This document shows positions 9,899 through 19,785 of a DNA stretch of 34,429 nt, one piece after another. Location: assembly GCA_963833225.1 (NCBI GenBank), contig CAWHXD010000015.1:1-34429 (forward strand). Reading direction: 5' to 3'. The DNA comes from an uncultured Chloroflexia bacterium (GTDB taxonomy: Bacteria > Chloroflexota > Limnocylindria > Limnocylindrales > CSP1-4). Position numbers and translations under genes: made by a program. Below the pieces are notes generated by a model that saw only the letters and a program-made list of their open reading frames with translations, made no database searches and was not told where the DNA came from. The stretch's first letter is position 1; each line of letters begins with the position of its first letter.

Positions 9899-11224
9899 AT
9901 GGAAGCTCGCATCCTCCCCCTGCCGACATCGACCCAACCCCGGACGCCGGCCCGAGGCCCGGTATCGGATGGTCCGAACGCGCAACGAGCCTGCGTCGAC
10001 GTGGACGCCCGACGGATCGTCATCGAGCACCTGGTCCTGGCGGATCCGGTCCTGGCCGCCTCGCTTGCGGAACGAGACCCGGCCGAACGTCCCGCCGTGG
10101 TCGAGCGGGCGCTGCGGATCGGCCTGCTCGCCCTCCAGGACGCCTCGATGACGGTCGACGTCGATGTCGTCCGCCGCGAGTTCGACAAGCTGGTGGCGCA
10201 GACGAGCGCGGCCAACGAGCAGGCGGCGCGCGCCGTCGAGGACGTCCTGCGCGCCAACTTCGCGGATGGCGACGGGCGGCTGCCGCGCACGCTCGAGCGG
10301 TTCCTCGGTGACCGGGGGGCGCTGCGGCAGTTCGTCAACGAGCTGTTCGACGAGACCAAGCGGGACTCGGCGATCGGGCGCATCGGCGGCCTGCTGGGCC
10401 GCTATTTCGACGGTGATCAGTCGAAGCTGGCGCTGCTCCTCGATCCTACGCGGCTGGGCTCGCCGCTCCACCAGTTCCGCCAGGAGATCGCCGAGGGCTT
10501 CGCCGGGGTGCACGAGCGGCTGGCCGCGATCGAGGCGGCGTCGCGGGCACGGGCGGACGAGCGCTCCCGCTCCGCCGCCAAGGGCGGGGACTTCGAGGAC
10601 CTGCTGACGGAGCTCCTGGGCGACATCGCCCGCGGGGCCGGGGACCTGCTCGACCGGACCTCGACCGAGACGGGAGCCGTGCTGGGCTCGAAGAAGGGCG
10701 ACTTCGTGCTCACGGTGGACCCGCAGCTGGCGCGCGGCGCGGACCTCCGGATCGCGATCGAGGCCAAGGATCGCGCGATGTCGCAGCGGGCCATGCGTGA
10801 GGAGCTGCGCGAGGCGCGGGAGAATCGGTCTGCCGCGGTCGCGGTGGCCGTCTGGTCGCCGGCGCATGCGCCGAGCAGCGTGGCGCCGTTCGCCCTGATC
10901 GGTGACGACGTGCACGTTGTCGTCGACCCGGCGGCGCCGGATCGCGCCTACCTGGAAGCGGCAATCCGTCTGGCCAGACTGCTGGCGCTGGGCACGCTCG
11001 ACGTGCGCGACGTCGACGTGGACGCCGCGGCGATCGCCCGGGCGTTGACGGGCGTCCGCGAGCAGCTGGAGGCGATTCGTGCCCTGAAGGCCCAGCTCAC
11101 CTCGGTCTCGAACGCCACCAAGGCGGTCTGGGCGGGGCTGGACCAGCTGCGGTCCGGGATCCTCGCCCGGGTCGGCGAGGCGGAGGCGGAGCTCCAGGTG
11201 GCGAGCTGCAGGGTCCCGGCGTGA
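9899..11224 (+). CDS. Coiled-coil protein with a PD-(D/E)XK restriction-endonuclease-like domain (RmuC/DUF2130-like architecture)
   Basis: KGGDFE...KKGDFVL...IAIEAKD catalytic-type pattern flanked by long helical segments. Coherent GC-rich codon usage. Confidence 0.7.
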   Translation: MEARILPLPTSTQPRTPARGPVSDGPNAQRACVDVDARRIVIEHLVLADPVLAASLAERDPAERPAVVERALRIGLLALQDASMTVDVDVVRREFDKLVAQTSAANEQAARAVEDVLRANFADGDGRLPRTLERFLGDRGALRQFVNELFDETKRDSAIGRIGGLLGRYFDGDQSKLALLLDPTRLGSPLHQFRQEIAEGFAGVHERLAAIEAASRARADERSRSAAKGGDFEDLLTELLGDIARGAGDLLDRTSTETGAVLGSKKGDFVLTVDPQLARGADLRIAIEAKDRAMSQRAMREELREARENRSAAVAVAVWSPAHAPSSVAPFALIGDDVHVVVDPAAPDRAYLEAAIRLARLLALGTLDVRDVDVDAAAIARALTGVREQLEAIRALKAQLTSVSNATKAVWAGLDQLRSGILARVGEAEAELQVASCRVPA

Positions 11225-11297
11225 TCGCCCCTGACTCCGGGACCATGGCGGCCGCCTGACCACCGGGCCATTCACAAGCGGGGCCGAATGCGAGACC

Positions 11298-13643
11298 ATG
11301 GCGTCGAGCACCGCCGGCATGATCCGGCGGCCGCGACCTGGAGGTGGGATGCCGCGAGCCACGATCGCCGCCCTGGCCGCCATCGTCCTGCTCGCCGCCA
11401 TCCTTTCGGGCGCAAGCCCGGCTTCGGCATCCGGCGCGAGCCCTGCATCCCCCGCGGCCGCCGCCGACACCGGCACGCCGGACACCTCACGGCCGCTCGA
11501 TCCCGCAAACCGCTGGATCGTCGTGCTCCGCAATGGATCGAGCGTGACCACGGCAGCGTCGCGCGCCAGGGGCCTGGGCGTGGCTGCGGACCACACCTTC
11601 CGCAGCGCGATTCACGGATATTCCGCCAGGCTCGATCCGGCGCAGGTGGCTGCCCTCCGCGCCGATCCTGACGTCGCGATGGTGGTACCCGATGCCGTGG
11701 TCAGGATGGAGGCCCAGAGCACGCCGACCGGCGTCCGCAGGATCGGTGGCACCCGCAACCCGATCGCCGCGATCGACGGCGTCGATCAGCGCGTCGACGC
11801 AGACGTCGCGATCGTGGACACGGGGATCGACGCCACGCACAAGGACCTGAACGTCGTCGGTGGCCACAACTGCTCGTCGTCCAACCCCGACGGGTGGCAG
11901 GACGACAACGGCCACGGGACGCACGTGGCGGGGATCGTCGGTGCGATCGACAACGGCACGGGGGTCGTGGGCGTGGCGCCCGGCGTCCGGCTGTGGGCCG
12001 TGCGCATCCTGCGTGCCGACGGCAGCGGCCTGGTGTCCTGGTACGTCTGCGGGCTGGACTGGATCGCATCCCAGCGTGACCCGTCGAACCCGGACCAGCC
12101 CCTGTTCGAGGCGGTCAACATGTCGGTGGCCCGGCCCGGCTCGGACGACGGCAACTGTGGGCTGGCCAACGGCGACGTCATCCACCAGGCCGTGTGCCGG
12201 CTGGTGAGCTCGGGCGTCACGGTCGTGGCCGCCGCCGGCAACAACAGCTTCAACGCCTCGAGGCTCATCCCGGCCAGCTACAACGAGGTGATCACGGTGT
12301 CCGCTCTCGCGGACACGGACGGCAAGCCGGGCGGGCTCGGCGGCGGGTTGTGCTACTCGTGGGGCTCGTACGACAAGGACGACACCTTCGCCAACTTCTC
12401 CAACTACGGCCACGACATCGACCTGATCGCGCCCGGCAAGTGCATCTGGTCAACCCTGCCCGGCAACCGGTACGGCTACCTCTCGGGCACATCGATGGCG
12501 GCGCCGCACGTCACGGGTGCCGTCGCCCTGTACAAGGCGTCCCGGCCGCTCGCGACGCCGGCCGAGGTCAAGGCGGCCCTTCAGGCCATGGGCAGCATGG
12601 ACTGGAAGCTGTCAACGGACCCCGATTCCCACCACGAGCGGCTGCTCGACGTGTCGCATCTCGTCAACCTCGGCGATTTCATGCTGGACGGGACCTCGCC
12701 CGGCACCGTGGTGGGCCCGGCCGGCGCCTCGCTGACGATCCCGGTCACCGTCGTGCGCGCCGAGGACGTCGCCGACGAGATCGACCTGACCGCAACCGCC
12801 GATGCGCCGCTCGCGACGTCGCTCTCGTCCGGGGCCCTGGTCGGGCTCGACCAGACAGCCGCCACGCTGACCGTCAAGGTGCCCGGGTCCACGCCGTCGG
12901 GCACGTATGCGGTGTTCGTCGTCGGGACGCGGGGCGACTCCGCGCGCACCGTTCAACTGTCGGTCGTCGTCGACTCCGATCCGCCGACGGCCGGCGCGCC
13001 GAGGCTCGAGGCTCGCCCGGGCTCACGGTTCGAAACGACCTGGTTCCGCGCCCGGGCGACGTGGCCGGCGGCGACCGACGCCGTCTCCGCGATCACCGCC
13101 TATCAGGCCCAGTGGAGGGTCGACGAGGGCGCATGGGGTGGCACGATCAGCCTCTCCGCGGCGACCCACCATACGGATCGGACGTTCACGGTGGGCCACG
13201 CGTACGCCCTGCGCGTCCGGGCCCGCGACGCGGCCGGAAACTGGAGCGCCTGGGCGACCGCCGATCCGTTCACCGTGCGGGTGACGCAGGACAGGAGCCG
13301 GTCGTGGCACACGACCGGCGTGTGGCATCGCTCCGTGTCCGGCAACTGGTCCCGTCGCACGACCATCTACTCGACGCGGGCCGGCGCCACCGTGTCCCGC
13401 GCATTCGTCGGACGCGGCATCTCGGTGATCGCCACCCAGGGTCGGAGCCGTGGCGGAGCGCAGGTCTGGATCGACGGCGTTCGCGTCACCACCATCCACC
13501 TTCACAGCTCGAAGCTGCACCCGCGGCGGGTCGTGTTCACACGCACCTGGGCCGTGAGCGGGACGCACACGATCAAGATCGTCGTCGTCGGCACCGCAAA
13601 GCATCCGCGGGTGGACATCGACGCGATGGTGATCACGAAGTAG
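11298..13643 (+). CDS. Secreted S8 subtilisin-family serine protease with I9 propeptide and Ig/Fn3-like C-terminal domains
   Basis: IVDTGID, HGTHVAG, AAGN and GTSMAAPHV motifs. Signal peptide and RARDAAGNWS Fn3-like motif. Alternative start ATG 11349 after GGAGGT. Confidence 0.93.
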   Translation: MASSTAGMIRRPRPGGGMPRATIAALAAIVLLAAILSGASPASASGASPASPAAAADTGTPDTSRPLDPANRWIVVLRNGSSVTTAASRARGLGVAADHTFRSAIHGYSARLDPAQVAALRADPDVAMVVPDAVVRMEAQSTPTGVRRIGGTRNPIAAIDGVDQRVDADVAIVDTGIDATHKDLNVVGGHNCSSSNPDGWQDDNGHGTHVAGIVGAIDNGTGVVGVAPGVRLWAVRILRADGSGLVSWYVCGLDWIASQRDPSNPDQPLFEAVNMSVARPGSDDGNCGLANGDVIHQAVCRLVSSGVTVVAAAGNNSFNASRLIPASYNEVITVSALADTDGKPGGLGGGLCYSWGSYDKDDTFANFSNYGHDIDLIAPGKCIWSTLPGNRYGYLSGTSMAAPHVTGAVALYKASRPLATPAEVKAALQAMGSMDWKLSTDPDSHHERLLDVSHLVNLGDFMLDGTSPGTVVGPAGASLTIPVTVVRAEDVADEIDLTATADAPLATSLSSGALVGLDQTAATLTVKVPGSTPSGTYAVFVVGTRGDSARTVQLSVVVDSDPPTAGAPRLEARPGSRFETTWFRARATWPAATDAVSAITAYQAQWRVDEGAWGGTISLSAATHHTDRTFTVGHAYALRVRARDAAGNWSAWATADPFTVRVTQDRSRSWHTTGVWHRSVSGNWSRRTTIYSTRAGATVSRAFVGRGISVIATQGRSRGGAQVWIDGVRVTTIHLHSSKLHPRRVVFTRTWAVSGTHTIKIVVVGTAKHPRVDIDAMVITK

Positions 13644-13789
13644 GTCAGGCCCCGGCCGCTGCCCTGCGTGGGCTCACCTACCCGCTGGTCTGGCAAGGTT
13701 GCGATCGAGTGGTAGGGTAACGTCCCGGTTCGCGGGGCGGCGCCGGGGCCGCCATCGGACGACCGGGCGCGCGAGGTATCGATCAGCCC

Positions 13790-14743
13790 GTGGCACGCTC
13801 GATGTGGAAGGGCGCCATCCAGTTCGGCCTGGTCACCATCCCGGTCAAGCTGTATACGGCCACCGAGTCCGATTACACGATCCGGTTCAACATGCTCCAC
13901 GAGACCGACCTGTCCCGGATCCAGATGAAGATCTGGTGCCCCCAGGACGAGCAGGTCATCTCGCGCGGCGACACCGTGAAGGGCTACGAGTACGCGCCCG
14001 ACCAGTACGTGGTGATCACCGACGAGGACCTCGAGAAGGTCCCGCTCAAGACGATCCGCTCGATCGAGATCGAGCAGTTCGCGCCGCGTGACTCGGCCAC
14101 GGCCGAGCAGGCGCGGTTCATCAGGCAGGCCTACTACATGGAGCCCGACAAGATCGGCCGCAAGGCCTTCTACCTGCTTCGCCAGGTGCTTGCCGAGCGC
14201 GGGCTGACGGCGATCTGCAAGGTCGTCATCCGGGACCGCGAGGCCCTTGCCGCACTCGATCCGTTCGAGGACACGATGCTCCTCACGACCCTTCACTGGC
14301 CCGACGAGATCCGCTCGACCAGGGATCTCGACCTGCCGGCCGAGGAGTTCGAGTTCAAGCCGGCCGAGGTCAGGATGGCCGAGCAGCTGGTCGAGGCGAT
14401 GACCGAGGCGTTCGACCCGGCCAAGTACAAGGACGAGTACCGCGAGGCGCTGCTCAAGGTCATCGAGGCCAAGATCGAGGGCGTCGAGATCGCCCAGCCG
14501 GCCTCGGTCGAGGAGAGCGCCAGCATCGTCGATCTCATGAAGCTCCTCGAGGCGAGCGTCAAGGCCGCGACCGACGCCAGGTCCGCCGATACGGACGAGC
14601 CGGTGTCGGTGGCGGACGCAAAGAAGGAGCGAGCCGCGCGTGGGACGCGGTCCAGGGCGAAAGCTGCCGGGGCGAAGGCGAACACTGACACTGCCGCTGA
14701 CGAGGAGGAGGCTCGGCCTGCTCGTCGCCGGAGGAGCGCCTGA
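13790..14743 (+). CDS. ku: NHEJ DNA end-binding protein Ku
   Basis: ARSMWKGAIQFGLVTIPVKLY, VKGYEY, LHWPDEIR, FDPAKYKDEYR, VDLMKLLEASV and a basic C-terminal tail. Confidence 0.97.
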   Translation: MARSMWKGAIQFGLVTIPVKLYTATESDYTIRFNMLHETDLSRIQMKIWCPQDEQVISRGDTVKGYEYAPDQYVVITDEDLEKVPLKTIRSIEIEQFAPRDSATAEQARFIRQAYYMEPDKIGRKAFYLLRQVLAERGLTAICKVVIRDREALAALDPFEDTMLLTTLHWPDEIRSTRDLDLPAEEFEFKPAEVRMAEQLVEAMTEAFDPAKYKDEYREALLKVIEAKIEGVEIAQPASVEESASIVDLMKLLEASVKAATDARSADTDEPVSVADAKKERAARGTRSRAKAAGAKANTDTAADEEEARPARRRRSA

Positions 14744-14759
14744 CCGAAGACCCGAGCGG

Positions 14760-14832
14760 CTACCGGGGAAGCAGCTGGTCCGTCGCCCGCAGCCGGATCA
14801 CCAGAGGCGCAGCTGGTCCGTCGCCCGCAGCC
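14760..14832. repeat. Tandem duplication (38-bp period) of the 3' end of the adjacent membrane-protein gene
   Basis: GCAGCTGGTCCGTCGCCCGCAGCC is identical at 14771-14794 and 14809-14832. Both copies end in a stop on the minus strand. Confidence 0.85.
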
Positions 14833-15244
14833 AGACGACGCTGATCGCGGCCTGCACGATGCCGATCGCCCCGAAGATCGCCTGCAGGAACGAGAACTCG
14901 GGCATCACGACGAGCTGGACCAGGATCCAGATCACCAGACCGCTGCCCAGGACCCCGGTCAGCCAGGGCGCCGTCCAGTGGCGCACAACGATCAGGCCCG
15001 CGAGCATGAGCATCCCGACGCCGTTCACCAGCAGCAGGTAGAGGCCGGGGATGAGGTACGAGCCGAACGGCGTGGCCTCGATCCAGCCAGCCGGGAAGCC
15101 GATCGAGGCGCCGGTCGTGTCTGTGACCAGCTGGAGCCCCACGGGGATGGCCCCGGCTGCGGTGAACAGCGCCAGGGCGACGGCGAGCCAGACGTAGGCC
15201 GGACGGTTGACCCTGGGCGTCGCGGGAATGAGCTGGGCGTGCAT
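14798..15244 (-). CDS. Small multi-pass membrane protein
   Basis: Four hydrophobic helices and a TPFGSYLIPGL motif. Strong GGAGG RBS before ATG 15244. Confidence 0.85.
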   Translation of the reverse strand: MHAQLIPATPRVNRPAYVWLAVALALFTAAGAIPVGLQLVTDTTGASIGFPAGWIEATPFGSYLIPGLYLLLVNGVGMLMLAGLIVVRHWTAPWLTGVLGSGLVIWILVQLVVMPEFSFLQAIFGAIGIVQAAISVVWLRATDQLRLW

Positions 15245-15470
15245 CGGTCCTCCCTCGTGCCGGGCTGGTTCGCCGGGCGCGACGGCAGTCTGGGTGTCCC
15301 GATCGGCGGCACCATGCGCCATCGGTCACCAAAGGCCCCGCCCGCCGGCATGCGTCGGGCGTGACCCGTGGTGGATCGTCGACAGCTGCTGCACGCGAAC
15401 CCGGCCCGACGAGACGACGCCGGTCGGGGCGCTCAACGGCGCGCGGCGCCGAAGGCGGCATACTCCACCG

Positions 15471-18286
15471 ATGCCGCTCGAGGAGTACCGGCGAAAGCGC
15501 GACTTCGCGAAGACGCCCGAGCCGGTGCCGTCGGTGCCGGCAGCGGACCGGACGACCGCGGCTCCCGCCGCCCGACGGCGGTTCGTCGTCCAGCGCCACC
15601 GCGCCACCCGCCTCCACTACGACTTCCGGCTCGAGATCGACGGTGTTCTCGTCTCGTGGGCGGTCCCCAAGGGCCCGTCCCTGGACCCGGGCGTGCGCCG
15701 CATGGCCGTCCACGTCGAGGACCACCCCGTGGAGTACTTCGAGTTCGAGGGCGTGATCCCCTCCCGGCAGTACGGCGCGGGCGACGTCATCGTGTGGGAC
15801 TGGGGAACCTGGGAGCCCGAGTCAGCGACGCCGGATCCGGGCGCTGCGGTGGCCAACGGCGAGCTGAAGCTCAAGCTCGCCGGCGAGAAGCTGCGCGGAC
15901 GGTTCACGATCGTGCGCACCTCGCGCCGTCCGGGTGCCGCTCCCCGGACGGCGTTCGAGGACGACCGGGGCGAGCAGTGGCTGCTGATCCACAAGCGCGA
16001 CGCCGACGCCGTGACCGGCTGGGACGCCGAGGACCACCCGCAGAGCGTCAAGTCGGGACGGACCAACGACGAGGTCAAGGCCAACGCGCCGGCCATCTGG
16101 GTCTCGGAGATGCCGGCCGCGACCGCCGCGATCGACCTGACCGGCGCGCGCGAGGCGGCGATGCCCCGCTATCTCGAGCCGATGAAGGCCACGCTGGCGA
16201 CGAAGCCCTTCCGCGACCAGGGCTGGCTGTTCGAGGTCAAGTGGGACGGATACCGGGTGGAGGCCGTCATCCGGGATGGGCAGATCGAGCTGTTCACGCG
16301 CAACGGCAACGATGCGTCGCTCTACTTCCCGCGATTCCTCGCACCACCAACCTGGATCGAGGCCCGCGAGGCGATCGTGGACGGCGAGGTGGTGGCGCTC
16401 GACGAGGCCGGTAGGCCGGACTTCTCGCTGCTCCAGGAGCGAATCAGCGAGGGTCGCCGGGGGCGGGCCGCCGGGCCGCTCGTGTACCAGGCGTTCGACC
16501 TCCTGTACCTCGACGGACGCCTGCTGGTCGACGTCCCGCTCGAGCAACGCAAGCGGCTGCTGGACCAGGTCCTGCGCCCCAACGCTCGCGTGCAGTACGC
16601 GAGCCACATCGAGACCGAAGGGATCGCCTTCTTCGACGCCGTCGGGGCCCAAGGGCTCGAGGGCGTGGTCGCGAAGCGGCGACGATCACGCTACGAGCCC
16701 GGCCGCCGGTCGACCGCCTGGCTCAAGATCAAGGCCCGGCCGGAGCAGGAGCTCGTGGTTGGCGGTTGGACGCCGGGCGAGGGGAGCGCGGTCGAGCTCG
16801 GTGCGGTCGCGGTGGGCGTGTATGAGGACGAGCGGCTGCGGTTCGCCGGCAAGGTCGGCTCGGGGTTCGACGGCCGAACGCGACGCGAGCTGCGCACACT
16901 GCTCGATGCGCTCGAGACCGACGCGCCGCCGTTCGATCCGGCACCGCCTGCTGACTATCGCGGCCGGTGGGGAGGGGACCTGGCGGGCATCCACTGGGTG
17001 CGGCCGGAGCTCGTGATCCGGGCCGAGATCGGTGGCTGGACGCGTGACGGACACGTGCGCCAGACGGCGTTCAAGGGGCTCGAGCGAGGTCGGGATCCAC
17101 GCGAGGTGGTCCGGGAACGGGCCGTCGATCCGGCAGCCAGGAACCGCAGGGCGGACGATTCGCCATCGTCCCCACCCGCGACGGTGCCCGAACCATCGAC
17201 CGGCGGAGTCTCGACGCTCATGGCTCCCGGCACGCCGGCTCCCGGCACGCCGGCTCCCGGCACGCCGGCTCCCGGCACGCGGGCCACCGCTCGCGGCTCG
17301 ATCGTCCCTCCCGATCCGTCGTGGCTGGTCTCCGAGCGTGAGCTCGCAGCCCTCGCGGTGATGAAGGCCGACGGCGGCTGGCAGGTCGCGGGACAGGAGC
17401 TCAAGCTCACCAACCTCGACAAGGTCCTGTTCCCACCGCGTGACGGCCTCGGCGAGCCGCCCCTGACCAAGCGCGACCTGATCCGCTACTTCGCCCGGAT
17501 CGCGCCCGCGATGCTGCCGCACCTGGCCGATCGCCCGCTCAACCTCCAGCGGTTTCCCAACGGCGTCGACACCAAGGGCTTCTGGCAGAAGGACATCCCT
17601 CCGCACGCGCCTAGGTGGCTCACGATCTGGCACGAGCAGGGCTTCCACGAGCGCGCGGACCGGGCGCCCAACGACCACCTGGTCGCGGATCGGGCCGCCA
17701 CGCTGTGCTGGCTGGGCAACCAGGCGGCATTCGAGATCCACGCCTGGACCTCGACCATCGCCGATCCGTGGACGCCCACCCTCGCGCTGATCGACATCGA
17801 TCCGGGCACGGCCACGACCTGGGACGAGACGCTGCTCATCGCCCGCCTCTACCGGACGGCCCTCGAGCACCTGGGCGTCCGCGCGTACCCGAAGCTGACC
17901 GGGAGCCGCGGCATCCAGGCATGGATCCCGATCGAACGCGGCCGCTATACGTACGCCGAGACGTCGTCCTGGGTGGAGAAGCTGTCGCGGGCCGTCGGCA
18001 CCTCGGTGCCGGGACTGGTGTCCTGGGAATGGGCGAAGGCGGATCGGGGAGGGAGGGCCCGGCTGGACTATACGCAGAACGCGGCGATCAAGACGCTGGT
18101 CTCCCCGTATTCCGTCCGTCCCCGGCGTGGCGCGCCCGTGTCCGCCCCGCTTCGCTGGGGGAGCTCGACGATCCGGAGCTGCGCCCCGACCGCTGGACGA
18201 TCCGGACGTTGCCCGATCGGGTCGCCGAGCTGGGGGACCTGTGGGCGGGGATCCAGGAGGATCGCCAGGCGCTGCCGCCGCTGTAG
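15471..18286 (+). CDS. ligD: NHEJ DNA ligase D (phosphoesterase-ligase-polymerase), with a 1-nt frameshift at about 18157-18161
   Basis: LEEYRRKRDF and HYDFRLE..WAVPKGP (PE). EVKWDGYR, EGVVAKR and WLKIK (LIG). IDIDP, DYTQN and PYSVRP (POL). The conserved tail ELDDPELRPDRWTI...GDLW continues in the frame ending at TAG 18286. Confidence 0.93.
17222..17280 (+). repeat. In-frame 15-bp tandem repeat, about 4 copies (APGTP), in the LigD linker
   Basis: GGCTCCCGGCACGCC three times plus a 14-bp fourth copy. Confidence 0.95.
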
Positions 18287-18329
18287 CCGGTTCACGCGCC
18301 ATGTCGGGACAGCCCTCGCGCCTGGCACC

Positions 18330-18583
18330 TACCCACCGGATGGGTATTGATCTGCCGGCTCTTGGCCACCAACGCACGGCATGGCTGGTAACGCCCCGCG
18401 GCGTCCTCGCACGTGTCCTCGTACCCATCCCACGGGCAGCAGCGGAGGTGCACGACGCCGGACTTGGCCCAACACCCGCCAGCTGGGTGGAAGGTCAGGC
18501 GGACTGGACGGCCTGTGTGTGAAGCGACGGGCAGTGAGTGGGGGCCACCGGCAAACCGATGGCTAGCGCCCGGGTGGCGGGTA
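18330..18583. repeat. Array A of 17-bp palindromic repeats YRCCCR-N5-YGGGYR
   Basis: Copies at 18330 (TACCCACCGGATGGGTA), 18422 (TACCCATCCCACGGGCA), 18473 (CACCCGCCAGCTGGGTG) and 18567 (CGCCCGGGTGGCGGGTA). Confidence 0.7.
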
Positions 18584-18971
18584 TCCGGGCAAGTGGTCAG
18601 AGGCCGGCGCCGCGGCTTCGAGGAAGCGCCCCGACCACGCGCCGTCTATCCGCCGCGGGCGAACTCGATCAGCTCGGACAGATGGGCATTGGCCAGGCAG
18701 GTCCCGAGTCTCCCTCTCACGCCCGGCAGGGGGCAGGGTCGATGGCCCCGCGCTCGACCGGTCGACCGGCTCCGGGATCTCCCGTAACGAGGCTGCCGGG
18801 CTCGGCCGCTCCCCGGCGTCCCGGTTCGGGACCACGATGCTCGGCGACGGCCGACGGCCAGCGCCGGATCACCGTCACCGCCCAGGCGCAGGACTTCATC
18901 GCGCTCCTGGATCGGGCCGCCCGGCTGGAGCGCTGAAAACCGCGGGAGCCCGGAAGTCGAATCTCACGGTA

Positions 18972-19017
18972 GCCGGCCGGTCGGGTCGATGGAGGAGCGC
19001 CGGTCCGGCCGGCCGGC
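18972..19017. terminator. GC-rich 14-bp hairpin between convergent genes
   Basis: GCCGGCCGGTCGGG pairs with TCCGGCCGGCCGGC (two G-U pairs). No U-tract. Confidence 0.3.
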
Positions 19018-19071
19018 AACGATCAGGTGGTGGGAGGCGGTGCAACGACGATCGGTGACGGAGAGCGTCGC

Positions 19072-19785
19072 TCAGCGCCAGGCTCGCAGCGAGCCCGGTG
19101 GCGGATAGGGCTGGCGGAAGAACCCCAGCAGCGGCTCGCCCGTCGACTGCGACAACCGGATCCGATCGCGCCAGGGACGCGATCCGTCGGCGTCGATCTC
19201 GGCCCGCAGCTCAACGTCGTCCCGGCCCGGGTGGTTGGGGTCGTAGATGCGGATGCGGAGCACGGTGCCACTGTCGTCATAGCCGAACGCCAGGACCTGG
19301 TGGTTGTGGGTCAGGTTCCAGGGCGAGTCACCGGCGACCCGGATCAGACCGAGGGTCGACGGGTGCCCGGCGTCGATGTCGGCCTTGATCCGCGGCCACT
19401 CGTTTCTGATCGCGACAACGCGTGGCGGGTCGCGACGCAGGGCGCTCGAGACGCCCGTCGGCGGATCCGGGCGGAAGGCCTGGAGGTCGAAGAAACGGAG
19501 CGGGACGCGGAGCCAGTCGAGCGACTCGACCTGCCGGCGCACGATGGCCTGGAAGCGCGGGCTGCCGTTGGCGGGCTGCGAACCGGCCGGCATCGGGATC
19601 CCGGCCTCGAACAGGTCGCGGACGGTCATCACCATGCCGCCGCACAGTCCGGCCGACGCGTCACCGAAGCCCAGGATCGGCGTCCGGATGGGCCCGAACG
19701 TGAGGGTGGGGCCAGATGGCCAGCTGTTCGGAAACGGGAAGCCGTTGACGCTGGGCAGGAAGCCCGGGACCGCGTTGGCCGTCAT
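19072..19785 (-). CDS. Hypothetical protein with a papain-like Cys-His-Asp pattern
   Basis: GFPFPN...GLCGGM, NHQVLAFGY and IYDPNHP motifs. ATG overlaps the DUF72 TGA (ATGA). Confidence 0.8.
   Translation of the reverse strand: MTANAVPGFLPSVNGFPFPNSWPSGPTLTFGPIRTPILGFGDASAGLCGGMVMTVRDLFEAGIPMPAGSQPANGSPRFQAIVRRQVESLDWLRVPLRFFDLQAFRPDPPTGVSSALRRDPPRVVAIRNEWPRIKADIDAGHPSTLGLIRVAGDSPWNLTHNHQVLAFGYDDSGTVLRIRIYDPNHPGRDDVELRAEIDADGSRPWRDRIRLSQSTGEPLLGFFRQPYPPPGSLRAWR

Noticed and set aside
15207-15470. N-terminal extension of LigD in the ORF track
   Set aside because: It overlaps the divergent membrane gene. The conserved PE start and a -10 box point to ATG 15471.
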